Numbered from the stretch's first letter, positions 30,189-39,468 are shown. The stretch is 64,000 bases of DNA from Aquiluna sp. (GCA_029241985.1 JAQWUU010000011.1:21687-85686), one strand, 5' to 3'. Notes: generated from the letters alone by a model not told the origin. Numbers and translations: made by a program.

Positions 30189-31433
30189 ATGAACATCATC
30201 AATACGTTGAAGCTTGCAAAAGCATCGTCTTTGGCCATGGCTCTTGCCACCACGTCCGTCAAGAACGAGGCTCTGGAAAAAATTGCGGTTGAACTAGAAA
30301 ATGGAGTGCAAGAAATTCTTCGCGGGAATCAATTGGACTTGACCAACGCTATAGCTAACGGGGTTAGCCAATCACTGCAGGATCGAATCATGCTGGATGA
30401 AAAGCGGATTCACGCTTTGGCTGAGGCCGTGAGGGTTATCAAGCAGTTGCCCGACCCAGTTGGAGATTCCGTTCGAGGAATGAAGCTTCAAAATGGGCTC
30501 AACGTTCAGCAGGTGAGAGTCCCATTTGGCGTTATCGGTTGTATCTACGAAGCCAGGCCTAATGTCACGGTCGACATTGCAACCTTGGCCATCAAAAGCG
30601 GAAACGCAGCTGTGCTCAGAGGTGGATCTGCGGCAGAAAACACGAATCAGATTCTGAACTCTTTGATCCAGTCCGGCCTTAAAAAGGCTGGACTGCCGGC
30701 AGAAGCGATCTGTTCAGTAGACGAATTTGGCCGGGAAGGTGCAGTAGAGCTTATGAAGGCTCGGGATTACGTTGATGTCCTAATTCCACGAGGGTCTGCA
30801 AATCTGATAAAGACAGTCGTAGCCGAATCCACGGTTCCAGTAATAGAAACCGGTTCAGGTGTGGTGCATATTTTTGTAGATGAAAGCGCGGACCTCAACC
30901 AGGCACTACCAATCATCATGAACTCAAAAGTGCAACGGCCTTCGGTTTGCAACGCACTTGAAACTTTGCTGGTTCATGAAGCTGTGGCTGAGCAACTGCT
31001 GCCGCTTTTGGCTCAGGAGCTTGAAGCCAGCGCTGTGACAGTGCATGCCTGTGAGAAAAGCCAAGCGCTAATTCCCCGGTCAATAAGGGCAACCGAGGAG
31101 GACTGGGCCACTGAGTACCACTCACTGGAATTGGCAATTCGAGTTGTTACAGGACTGGATGAGGCTCTGGACCACATTGCTGAATACTCCACAAAACACA
31201 CGGACTCAATCCTGACTGAGGATATCGGTAACGCTGAAAAGTTTTTGGCAGAAGTTGATTCCGCTGTTGTGATGGTGAACGCTTCCACACGTTTCACGGA
31301 CGGCGGTGAATTTGGTTTTGGCGCTGAAGTTGGGATTTCCACTCAAAAACTCCACGCGCGCGGACCGATGGGGCTTTCTGAATTAACATCCACCAAGTGG
31401 TTGGTTCGTGGTCGAGGCCAGATTCGCAACTAA
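30189..31433 (+). CDS. proA: Gamma-glutamyl phosphate reductase
   Basis: IYEARPNVT, LRGGS, RPSVCNA, VNASTRFTDG and GISTQKLHARGPMGL; start reassigned to ATG 30189. Confidence 0.96.
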   Translation: MNIINTLKLAKASSLAMALATTSVKNEALEKIAVELENGVQEILRGNQLDLTNAIANGVSQSLQDRIMLDEKRIHALAEAVRVIKQLPDPVGDSVRGMKLQNGLNVQQVRVPFGVIGCIYEARPNVTVDIATLAIKSGNAAVLRGGSAAENTNQILNSLIQSGLKKAGLPAEAICSVDEFGREGAVELMKARDYVDVLIPRGSANLIKTVVAESTVPVIETGSGVVHIFVDESADLNQALPIIMNSKVQRPSVCNALETLLVHEAVAEQLLPLLAQELEASAVTVHACEKSQALIPRSIRATEEDWATEYHSLELAIRVVTGLDEALDHIAEYSTKHTDSILTEDIGNAEKFLAEVDSAVVMVNASTRFTDGGEFGFGAEVGISTQKLHARGPMGLSELTSTKWLVRGRGQIRN

Positions 31434-31459
31434 GCTAGAGGGCAAAGAAGGAGAGAGTT

Positions 31460-31642
31460 TTGATTTCAGTACTACTTGCAGAAGGTGTGATCGTTCACCA
31501 TTCTGAACTTCCAATTCCTGGAATTCTCTTTGGTGTCATAGCGTTCGTGACCTTTCTAGCGTTGGGCGCAGTCACCTGGTCATACCGAGATGTTGCGAAT
31601 CGGCACTCTCACAAGACTGCTGGCTCTAAAGCCAGCCACTAG
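31460..31642 (+). CDS. Small single-pass membrane protein (60 aa)
   Basis: AAGGAG SD before a TTG start, one TM helix ending [10 protein letters not shown]; fills the proA-nadD gap. Confidence 0.75.
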   Translation: MISVLLAEGVIVHHSELPIPGILFGVIAFVTFLALGAVTWSYRDVANRHSHKTAGSKASH

Positions 31643-31647
31643 TTTCT

Positions 31648-32241
31648 ATGACGGCCAGGCGACTCCGAGTAGGAGTGATGGGTGGAACTTTCGACCCAAT
31701 CCACCACGGACACCTGGTTGCAGCAAGTGAAGCCGCTTCAACCTTGGGCCTCGATGAGGTTATTTTTGTTCCTACCGGACAGCCCTGGCACAAAAAACCG
31801 GTGAGCTCCGCAGAGCATCGGTACCTCATGACTGTTATTGCAACTGCTGCCAATCCCCAGTTCACTGTAAGTCGGATAGATATCGACCGACCTGGAACTA
31901 CCTACACAATTGATACTTTGCGTGATCTTGCGAGTCAATATCCCGATGCCGATTTGGTTTTCATCTCTGGAGCGGACGCGATCGCGCAGATTCTGGCTTG
32001 GAAAGAGATAGACAAAGTTTGGTCCCTGGCGGAATTTATCGCAGTGAGTCGGCCAGGCCACAAGCTGGAGCTTCCAGAGGCACCGGAAGGTACTATTTCG
32101 GTTCTTGAGGTCCCTGCATTGTCAATCAGTTCAACCAACATTCGCTCTCGCGCAGAAGAGGGCAAGCCAATTTGGTACCTGGTACCCGATGGAGTCGTGC
32201 AGTACATAGCCAAACACCAGCTTTACAGGGGCGGCAATTGA
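31648..32241 (+). CDS. nadD: Nicotinate-nucleotide adenylyltransferase
   Basis: [15 protein letters not shown] and ISST motifs. Confidence 0.96.
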   Translation: MTARRLRVGVMGGTFDPIHHGHLVAASEAASTLGLDEVIFVPTGQPWHKKPVSSAEHRYLMTVIATAANPQFTVSRIDIDRPGTTYTIDTLRDLASQYPDADLVFISGADAIAQILAWKEIDKVWSLAEFIAVSRPGHKLELPEAPEGTISVLEVPALSISSTNIRSRAEEGKPIWYLVPDGVVQYIAKHQLYRGGN

Positions 32242-33023
32242 CTGAATCCATGACAAGGAGACAACTCCGAGAGCTTGAGAGGGCTGGAGAAATTGTTCCC
32301 GACGCGTTGACAGACCTTGAACCTGCCGTCTTAGCCTCAGCCCAGCCAAATCCAGAGCCTCGTAGCGAGCCGGAGCTGGATATTTCTCAACTGACTCGCA
32401 GGCAGATTAGGGAGTTGGGACTGCTTTCGGATAACGCGGTGCGGCCTGATCCATCCATAAGCACTCCGCCGTTGGCGCAAGGTGTCCAGTCAGAAAACCT
32501 CGAAGGCGGAGAGACTGGGGCGAGGCGTTTGATAAGAGAATCTTTGACCGAAGCGGACGTCCCTGAGGTCGCAGCAGCGTCTTTTAGTCATAACGACCTC
32601 ACGTCCATCGAGGCACCGGGTGAATTTTTGTTTACTGGCACAAATTTGCTGGCTGAGCCGAGCACTAATTCAATAGTTCTTTCCACCACGACTGAGGCAA
32701 TTTACCTACCGCTGAATACCGGTGAGGTTGTTACCACAGGCTCTATTTCGATAATTTCGGACACATCTACTGGCCCAAATACGGCCGGTTTTGATGTTGA
32801 TGGCTTGTCATCTAGCGAAGAGAGCATAACCGGTGTCATTTCAATCGTGAGTCCCATCAGTGCAAAGCACCTAGTTGATCAGCGTGCCACCATGGGCGTT
32901 GTGCCCCAATCAGTTCTGAGAAAAGGCTGGTGGAGACCCTGGGCATTGGCGATTGGTTCGCTAGGACTGGTAGTTACTGCGATACTTGCAGCCGTAACGA
33001 TTCTAGGTGCCGTAGGAGGCTAA
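32238..33023 (+). CDS. Hypothetical C-terminally anchored membrane protein with two TRRQ(L/I)RE repeats
   Basis: TTGA overlap with the nadD stop (or ATG 32250); acidic low-complexity body and one C-terminal TM helix. Confidence 0.75.
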   Translation: MTESMTRRQLRELERAGEIVPDALTDLEPAVLASAQPNPEPRSEPELDISQLTRRQIRELGLLSDNAVRPDPSISTPPLAQGVQSENLEGGETGARRLIRESLTEADVPEVAAASFSHNDLTSIEAPGEFLFTGTNLLAEPSTNSIVLSTTTEAIYLPLNTGEVVTTGSISIISDTSTGPNTAGFDVDGLSSSEESITGVISIVSPISAKHLVDQRATMGVVPQSVLRKGWWRPWALAIGSLGLVVTAILAAVTILGAVGG

Positions 33024-33028
33024 CTTTT

Positions 33029-33382
33029 TTGCCAGCAAGCAACGAGACCATTCAGTTGGTAAAAATCGCCGCAAAGGCGTCCACGGACAAACTTGGAGAA
33101 AACCTAGTCGCTCTTGATGTGACCGAACCATTTGCGTTGGCAGAGGTGTTCCTGATTGTTAGCGCGACCAATGAGCGGCAGGCTCAGGCAATAGCTGACT
33201 CTGTAGAGGATGAGCTGCTGAAGCACAAGGTAAAGACACGTTTTCGTGAGGGCAGGCAGACTGGCAGATGGGTCCTGCTTGACTTTGGAGACTTGATTGT
33301 TCACGTTATGCACGAGGAGGAGCGGGAGTTTTATTCGCTTGAGCGCCTCTGGAGTGATTGTCCAGTGGTCCCAACCAGCTAA
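33029..33382 (+). CDS. rsfS: Ribosome silencing factor
   Basis: ERQAQAIADSV and EG...RWVLLDFGDLIVHVM...REFYSLERLW; start reassigned to TTG 33029 after an AGGAGG SD. Confidence 0.95.
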   Translation: MPASNETIQLVKIAAKASTDKLGENLVALDVTEPFALAEVFLIVSATNERQAQAIADSVEDELLKHKVKTRFREGRQTGRWVLLDFGDLIVHVMHEEEREFYSLERLWSDCPVVPTS

Positions 33383-33410
33383 GTTTTTTGTGTAGACTAA
33401 GGCAGTTCAC

Positions 33411-33483
33411 GGGCCTGTGGCGCAGCTGGTAGCGCACCTGCATGGCATGCAGGGGGTCAGGGGTTCGAGTCCCCTCAGGTCCA
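33411..33483 (+). tRNA. tRNA-Ala(GGC)
   Basis: GGGCCTG/CAGGTCC acceptor with the G3-U70 alanine identity pair, CCTGC-ATGGCAT-GCAGG anticodon arm with A32-U38; complete CCA not encoded. Confidence 0.96.
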
Positions 33484-33578
33484 CCGTGGTTTCCTCTTTT
33501 TCAACCTTGGAACAAATTCGCGCCTTAGGCCCTTTACATAGATTAAGTCACTAATCAAAAGATAGGCAGCGCGTATAA

Positions 33579-34520
33579 ATGGCAGTAAATCCGCACGGCA
33601 TCCACCATGTAACAGCTATTGCGCGGGATCCCCAGAAAAACGTCGACTTTTACACGGGTGTTTTAGGCCTGAGGCTTGTAAAGCAAACCGTTAATTTCGA
33701 TGCACCTAATGTGTGGCACCTCTATTACGGAGATGAGCACGGCTCACCAGCCAGTATTTTGACCTTTTTCCCTTGGATCGGAGTTCCTAAAGGTAAGGAG
33801 GGAGCGGGCCTAACCACTGCGACTGCGTTCAGTGTTCCTGCAGAATCCATCGGATGGTGGCACGAAAGATTGAAGTCCTTGGATATTCAGGTTGACTCGC
33901 CAGTTGTGCGCGGGGAGTCTGAGGTTCTCACAGTTTTTGATTATGACGGAATGAGGCTTGAGCTTACGGCGACCGAATCAGACTCTAGAAGCGGATGGGA
34001 TGGCGTGAGTTCGATACCTGCTGAGCATGCAGTAAGAGGGCTACATTCCGTCACTCTTTCGCAGCGCCAGGTTGATCCAACCGCCGGCATGCTCACTAAT
34101 TTGCTTGGAATGAAACACACGTCTGACTTTGGCGCGGGAGCTAAGTTTTCGATGGACACCGGCGGCACTGGTGCCCTGGTAGAGGTACTTGGCGGCGTCC
34201 AAGATAAAGGGCTTCAAGCAGGCGGGACCGTTCACCACGTGGCTTTCAGGGCTCCGAATCTTGACACAATGTCTCTCTGGCAACAAGAGTTGCTGTCTCT
34301 AGGTGTCCAGGTGACTGAGATTTTAGATCGGCAGTACTTCAAGAGCATCTATTTTCGGGAACCCGGAGGGGTCTTGTTTGAGATTGCAACCGATGAGCCT
34401 GGATTTGACATCGACGAGCCACTGCTGGAACTCGGTAAGAAGTTGAAGCTCCCTCCCTGGCTCGAACCGTCCAGAGAGCAAATCCAGGCGTCACTTCCAC
34501 CGATCGTGGTGGAAAATTGA
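33579..34520 (+). CDS. Ring-cleaving dioxygenase, VOC family (MhqE/MhqO, PcpA/LinE-like)
   Basis: GIHHVTA, LVKQTVNFD, HLYYGD, VHHVAFR and DRQYFKSIYFREPGGVLFEIATD (2-His-1-Glu ligands). Confidence 0.92.
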   Translation: MAVNPHGIHHVTAIARDPQKNVDFYTGVLGLRLVKQTVNFDAPNVWHLYYGDEHGSPASILTFFPWIGVPKGKEGAGLTTATAFSVPAESIGWWHERLKSLDIQVDSPVVRGESEVLTVFDYDGMRLELTATESDSRSGWDGVSSIPAEHAVRGLHSVTLSQRQVDPTAGMLTNLLGMKHTSDFGAGAKFSMDTGGTGALVEVLGGVQDKGLQAGGTVHHVAFRAPNLDTMSLWQQELLSLGVQVTEILDRQYFKSIYFREPGGVLFEIATDEPGFDIDEPLLELGKKLKLPPWLEPSREQIQASLPPIVVEN

Positions 34521-35125
34521 ACGCACGAGATTTGACTCGACCTCATTACTTTCAGGCTGGGTCTAATAGGACGTTCCTGTTACTTCACGGCACTGGTGCC
34601 GACGAGCATGACCTAGTTCCATTGGCCAAGCTACTCGACTCGGAAGCCGGCATCCTGAGCCCAAGGGGCTTGTATCTAGAAGGCGGAATGAATCGCTTTT
34701 TTGAGAGGTATTCTGACGGCTCCTTTAACGAGGAAAGCATTGATCAAGCAGTCTCAGAGCTGGCAGATTTCCTGGAAGTGGCAACCGAGGAGTACGGACT
34801 TGCCGGCAACGAGTTCGTTGCCGTCGGGTTTTCAAATGGAGCCAATACGGCCGCCGCCATAATGGTGCGTTATCCAACTCTCCTTAGCGCTGGCGTTCTT
34901 TTGGGAAGCACTCGACCTTTTGCCGCATCGCTAGAGACGGATTTGACCGGCAAGCGCATATGGATTGGCAATGGCGACCAAGATCCCTACGCGCCAATCG
35001 CCGTTACCAAAAAGTGGATTCAAGAACTTGAGCAGGCAGGAGCCGAAGTAAATTGGTTGCGCCACGCGGGTGGTCATCAGGTTAGTCAGGCGCATCTCCA
35101 GGAAATTTCCAGACAACTCACTTAG
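34517..35125 (+). CDS. Alpha/beta hydrolase, phospholipase/carboxylesterase (MhqD-like)
   Basis: LLLHGTGADE, GFSNGA nucleophile elbow, Asp in GDQDP and His in GGHQ; TTGA-coupled to the dioxygenase. Confidence 0.9.
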   Translation: MNARDLTRPHYFQAGSNRTFLLLHGTGADEHDLVPLAKLLDSEAGILSPRGLYLEGGMNRFFERYSDGSFNEESIDQAVSELADFLEVATEEYGLAGNEFVAVGFSNGANTAAAIMVRYPTLLSAGVLLGSTRPFAASLETDLTGKRIWIGNGDQDPYAPIAVTKKWIQELEQAGAEVNWLRHAGGHQVSQAHLQEISRQLT

Positions 35126-35162
35126 TATTTGTCTAACTTCTTTGTCTATCGAAAGGACAATC

Positions 35163-35909
35163 GTGGCATCGCACAACCCAGCATTCAACAGGAGCATGCG
35201 TTCAGGTCTTCAGGCTGCCTCACTGGATCAACAGCAGGTCAACTCTGAATTCGACCGAATGACTTCAAACCCAATGACCATGGAGGGAACGACCTCTAAG
35301 GTGTTGGGAATGTTTTTGGCCGTTCTTGTTGGAGCGGGCGCCACTTGGTATTTAGAGCTTTACAGCTTGTTCTTCCCTGCGATGTTTGTTGGCCTTGGTC
35401 TAGGGCTCTGGGCAAGTTTTAGCAAGAAGGTTCGCCCGGGTCTTTACATGGCCTATGCACTAGTGCAGGGAGTCTTCATTGGCGGACTCAGTGGTCTGCT
35501 AGAAACCGTATACCCGGGAATTGTTCAGACTGCCGTCATCGGGACTTTCGCAACCGCAGGAGCAATGTTTGCTGCCTACCGTTTTGGTTGGGTCAAGGTT
35601 GATCAGCGCTTTACTCGCTTTATGACCTTTGCCATCGGTGGTTATCTGGTGTTTGCCCTTGTAAACCTAGGCTTTGCGATGTTTGCAGGTATCAGCATCT
35701 ACAGCTCACCATTTGGCTGGCTGATAGCTCTTGTAGGGGTCGGCTTGGCTGCGTTCACGTTGAACCTCGACTTTGAAGTTATTCGCCAGGGTGTGGAGCA
35801 GCGCTGGCCAGAGCAGATGGAATGGAGAGCGGCATTCGGCCTCACAGCATCCTTAATCTGGCTTTACGTTGAGATTTTGCGGCTGTTGGCGATCTTCAAT
35901 CAGGACTAA
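35163..35909 (+). CDS. Bax inhibitor-1/YccA family membrane protein
   Basis: NPAF N-terminus, about 7 TM segments, LNLDF and LIWLYVEILRL; start reassigned to GTG 35163 after a GAAAGGA SD. Confidence 0.9.
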   Translation: MASHNPAFNRSMRSGLQAASLDQQQVNSEFDRMTSNPMTMEGTTSKVLGMFLAVLVGAGATWYLELYSLFFPAMFVGLGLGLWASFSKKVRPGLYMAYALVQGVFIGGLSGLLETVYPGIVQTAVIGTFATAGAMFAAYRFGWVKVDQRFTRFMTFAIGGYLVFALVNLGFAMFAGISIYSSPFGWLIALVGVGLAAFTLNLDFEVIRQGVEQRWPEQMEWRAAFGLTASLIWLYVEILRLLAIFNQD

Positions 35910-38900
35910 GAAGCGCGTCTTTCCCACTGCTGCCAGAGTTGTCTAAGGTCCCAGGCGTTTTCAGCAAGGATTGAGATTCCCTTCGCTCCAGTCCGTCTAG
36001 TTTTCCCTGAGATCAGAAGCAGTTTGTTCTGGAATAGCAGATGGCTGCATCTGCGCTGCGCCTCGTCGAAAAATGTAGCATCAGTCAGACCGGAGCCGTC
36101 GTCCAGGCTAATGAAAACCACCCTTTTCCCGCTTCGCATCGGTGGAGTCTGGGTTGCAACTCTCACGCCCGCGACCAGTACTTCTGTGTTGCTTCTGAGT
36201 GAACCAATTTCACTTGCCCTGACTACTCCCATTTCATTCAGCATCGATTGAAACTTCTCAATTTGATGCTGAGAGATGTCCATTCCTGTGACTTGGAGTT
36301 CAGCCGCTAGTTTTTCACTGTTGGCTATCGGCATGTTTCCGATGGGCAGCTGGTCTAGGTTTTTTAGGTCGAACACAAGCTGGTTCTTGTCCAAAGCCGG
36401 TGCCGCCTTAGAGCTTAGTTGCCTGATTTTTACAAGCAGGTCTGCTCTGTTGTGGGCAGCATCTTCTTTAGATATCCCAGCTACTTCGTCCAGTGCCCCA
36501 ACCAGGGCGAGTTTTTCGAGCGTTCTCCTTGATGGCCTTGCTCTCAGGTAAAAGTCAGTGACATTATCAAATGGTTGCTCGCATATGATTCGCTCAATTT
36601 CGGGTTTCGAGATACCTGAGATTTCTCCAAGTGAGACTCTGACCCCTAAGCGCCCTGATTGCTCTTGAACCACGTAGTCAATCGCGGATTTATTTACGTC
36701 AATCCCAAGAAGCTCTACTCCAAGTCTCCTTGCCTCGGCGAGCAGAAGTCTTTTCGGGTACATTCCAGGGTCATGGGTTAGCAGGCCTGCAATGAATTCA
36801 GTTGGGTAGTGGGTTTTTAGCCATGCCGATTGATAGGTCGGAACGGCAAAGGCCGCACCGTGAGCTTTGCAGAATCCAAAACTGCCAAATCCTTCCAGGA
36901 TCGACCAGACCCTTTCGATAACCGATGTTTTGTAGCCTCTCGCAGCAGCAGCCTTCTTGAAATAGCCAGCAACGGCATTGGCTTTTTTGGGGTTTGCAAG
37001 CTGCCTTCTCATTTCATCCGCTCGGGCCAGAGTGCACCCGGTCATAACGTTCATAATTCTCATTAGCTGTTCGTGGAAAACAACCACTCCGTAGGTCTCC
37101 TGAAGAATTTCTCTTAGATCCGGGTGCATAAAATCAGGCTGAATAAAGCCATGCCTGCCATCCAGATATGGCTTGATCATGTTGCCCTTCATCGGCCCTG
37201 GCCTAAATAGAGAAATCTGCATGGTTAAGTCATTGAACTTGGTCGGTTGATGCTTGCCTGTCAGCTCTCTTTGGCCAGGGCTTTCAATCTGAAATAGGCC
37301 AAGGGTGTTTGTTGTCCTAATCATTTTGTAGACATCGGGGTCGTCTTTTTGCACCGCGTCTAAGTCCACTGTTTCTTTCTTTACTCTTGCTATTTCTCTA
37401 ATCGTGTAGGCCATAGCGCTTTGCATGCGGACTCCAAGAACATCCAGCTTTAGAAACCCCATCGGGTCCATGTCGTCTTTATCAAACTGGCTCATCGGTA
37501 AACCCATCCCGCTTGGTTCCGTTGGTGTTAGGTCTAGTAGCTGAGAGTCACCGAGTATTACGCCACACGGGTGCATGGAAATGTGCCGGGGGAGTCGGTC
37601 TAAGCGCTGAGTGATATCCACCAGGAGGTTAAGCTTCCGATCGGTTTCGGTGAGCTTTGAGAAGTCCGCAAGTTCAGGCTTTTCAGCCATTTCTGCACGA
37701 AAGTTTCTGGCTGAAAAGCGCCACATGTTTTTGGCTATCTCATCAACCTGATCATCTTCTAACCCGAGGGCCATGCCTCCGTCTCTGACTGCCCCTCGAC
37801 CCCTGTAGGTCGACTGCATTGAAAGCAGTGTGACTCTGTTTCCTCCGTAGCGCCGAAAGATTCCGCGATAGATTTCGTGCCTCCTCGCGGACTCGACATC
37901 TATGTCTATATCGGGCAGGGTCGATCGCTCGGTAGACAAAAATCTTTCAAAAAGCAAGCCTTCCTCAATTGGGTCCACGTTGCTGATGCCGAGCAAATAG
38001 TTGGTTAGAGAACCGGCACCAGAACCTCTGGCAGCAATTCGTATTCGCATGTCACGAATCATCTGGGCCACGTCGGCAACCGTAAGAAAGTAAGTTGCAA
38101 AACCCAATTTATTGATTGCTATTAACTCTTGAGATAGTCGGTGCTGCACTGAGGCTAGCTCTGCAGCCTTTATGTCTGGGTATCGTAGAGAAATCCCCGC
38201 GTGACTTTTTTGCCATAGCACCTCAAAAGGGTTGCCGGTAATACCCAGTGCTGACTGTTCCGGTGTCTTTGGCTGATTCCAGCCACAATCGGCCTGGGGG
38301 TCCAGAAAGCATTTTTCGGCAAGCAGCTCGGTGTTTTTCAGCAGTTCAACTGATTTGGCCGGATCCTCGGTAATTTCAAGAGCAATTGCGGCCATCTGGT
38401 GCCAGGACTTTAGGGATGCTTGGGCGTTTGGCTGCGGAGCAAACAGTCCCAAAGCCTCTAGGTTTCTGGCCGAGTCAAGAATGTCAGCGGTCAGTGCGCC
38501 ATCTGGTTCTATGTAGCGCACGGCGTTGGTGATAATTGCAGGCACCCCAGCCTGCTTGGAAAGCTCAAACATCGAATTGGCGTGATTCGCAGAACCTGGA
38601 GCACCAGGTTCTGTCATGTGATTGACAAGTTCAATAGCCAGTGATGCTGGCAGAGGAAAGTGCTCAAGCCATTGCCTTAGTTGCTGCAGTGCTCCAGCAC
38701 GTGAAGTCAGGACGAGTTCTGAAAGAGCACTTTCTGGTCCAAGCAAAATCGTGCAACTGGCTTCATCTTTGAAAAAGCGAGCCAACTCAGTGATTGATAT
38801 GGAAATTTCTTTTTTCTTGCCCCTGTGTTCTTGGGCTTGTGAAATTATCCGACAGAGAGTTGCCCAACCTTTCCCCCTGTTGTTGCCGTGGGCGAGGATT

Positions 38901-39136
38901 ACAACCCGCCCGAGTGATTTTTCTGCTGTGACTTCAAGGCTCACACCAACAATTGGAATGATCCCAACTTGAATGCAGGCACCAATATGTTTTATCGCTC
39001 CGTACAGACCATCTCGATCTGTTATCGCCAGTGCAGGGAAGCCCATTGCCGCTGCGGCTGCGGCAAGTTGGTTCGGTCGATTCACTCCATAGTGGGCAGA
39101 AAATGCGGAGCTTACATTTAGGTGAGTAAAGCTCAT
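35906..39136 (-). CDS. dnaE2: Error-prone DNA polymerase III alpha subunit (DnaE2, Streptomyces-like subtype)
   Basis: RGSGAGS, FERFL, catalytic PDIDID, HPCGV, GFCKAH and LTHDPGMYP motifs plus an OB fold. PHP metal ligands are degenerate (HLNVSS, TDRD, TNAVRY). A LexA box lies upstream. Confidence 0.9.
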   Translation of the reverse strand: MSFTHLNVSSAFSAHYGVNRPNQLAAAAAAMGFPALAITDRDGLYGAIKHIGACIQVGIIPIVGVSLEVTAEKSLGRVVILAHGNNRGKGWATLCRIISQAQEHRGKKKEISISITELARFFKDEASCTILLGPESALSELVLTSRAGALQQLRQWLEHFPLPASLAIELVNHMTEPGAPGSANHANSMFELSKQAGVPAIITNAVRYIEPDGALTADILDSARNLEALGLFAPQPNAQASLKSWHQMAAIALEITEDPAKSVELLKNTELLAEKCFLDPQADCGWNQPKTPEQSALGITGNPFEVLWQKSHAGISLRYPDIKAAELASVQHRLSQELIAINKLGFATYFLTVADVAQMIRDMRIRIAARGSGAGSLTNYLLGISNVDPIEEGLLFERFLSTERSTLPDIDIDVESARRHEIYRGIFRRYGGNRVTLLSMQSTYRGRGAVRDGGMALGLEDDQVDEIAKNMWRFSARNFRAEMAEKPELADFSKLTETDRKLNLLVDITQRLDRLPRHISMHPCGVILGDSQLLDLTPTEPSGMGLPMSQFDKDDMDPMGFLKLDVLGVRMQSAMAYTIREIARVKKETVDLDAVQKDDPDVYKMIRTTNTLGLFQIESPGQRELTGKHQPTKFNDLTMQISLFRPGPMKGNMIKPYLDGRHGFIQPDFMHPDLREILQETYGVVVFHEQLMRIMNVMTGCTLARADEMRRQLANPKKANAVAGYFKKAAAARGYKTSVIERVWSILEGFGSFGFCKAHGAAFAVPTYQSAWLKTHYPTEFIAGLLTHDPGMYPKRLLLAEARRLGVELLGIDVNKSAIDYVVQEQSGRLGVRVSLGEISGISKPEIERIICEQPFDNVTDFYLRARPSRRTLEKLALVGALDEVAGISKEDAAHNRADLLVKIRQLSSKAAPALDKNQLVFDLKNLDQLPIGNMPIANSEKLAAELQVTGMDISQHQIEKFQSMLNEMGVVRASEIGSLRSNTEVLVAGVRVATQTPPMRSGKRVVFISLDDGSGLTDATFFDEAQRRCSHLLFQNKLLLISGKTRRTGAKGISILAENAWDLRQLWQQWERRAS

Positions 39137-39421
39137 TTAGGGGGTGGCTTTTTCGACTTCCCACTGATTGTCAGGCATTCGATGCCGAAGTTGAAAAAAG
39201 TATCTACCAGCGTGACCTGCTGCCCACAGCCGCCACATTTCTGTTTCAACTAAGTTCTGTCCTTGGCCCACAGCAGCCTGTTCGGCATACTGCCACCAGA
39301 GCGTCCTGGAATACCAGCGCACGGGACGAGAAGCTGCCATAAATACCTCGTCTCGCCAGGTAAAGCAAGTTGGAGCACCATCAGCATCCAACATGATGCC
39401 CGTGGCAGGTTCAAAGTCCAC
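39137..39421 (-). CDS. 94-aa protein directly upstream of dnaE2 (DUF6504-like)
   Basis: P..FTWR, RWY....WW and EMWRL motifs; AGAAGGGG SD before a GTG start; its stop abuts the dnaE2 ATG (TAAATG). Confidence 0.8.
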   Translation of the reverse strand: MDFEPATGIMLDADGAPTCFTWRDEVFMAASRPVRWYSRTLWWQYAEQAAVGQGQNLVETEMWRLWAAGHAGRYFFQLRHRMPDNQWEVEKATP

Positions 39422-39443
39422 AGCCAGCGCCCCTTCTAACTAA

Positions 39444-39459
39444 TCGAACATTTGTTCGA
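39444..39459. promoter_or_regulatory. LexA operator (SOS box)
   Basis: TCGAAC-ATTT-GTTCGA is a perfect match to the actinobacterial consensus TCGAAC-N4-GTTCGA, 22 bp upstream of the cassette start codon. Confidence 0.92.
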
Positions 39460-39468
39460 ATAATTAGA

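Noticed and set aside
33526-33544. IdeR/DtxR box upstream of the dioxygenase
   Set aside because: Essentially only the first five bases (TTAGG) match the 19-bp consensus and there is no dyad symmetry.
33411-39136. Integrative element inserted at tRNA-Ala
   Set aside because: I saw no integrase, no repeat of the tRNA 3' end and no obvious composition shift.
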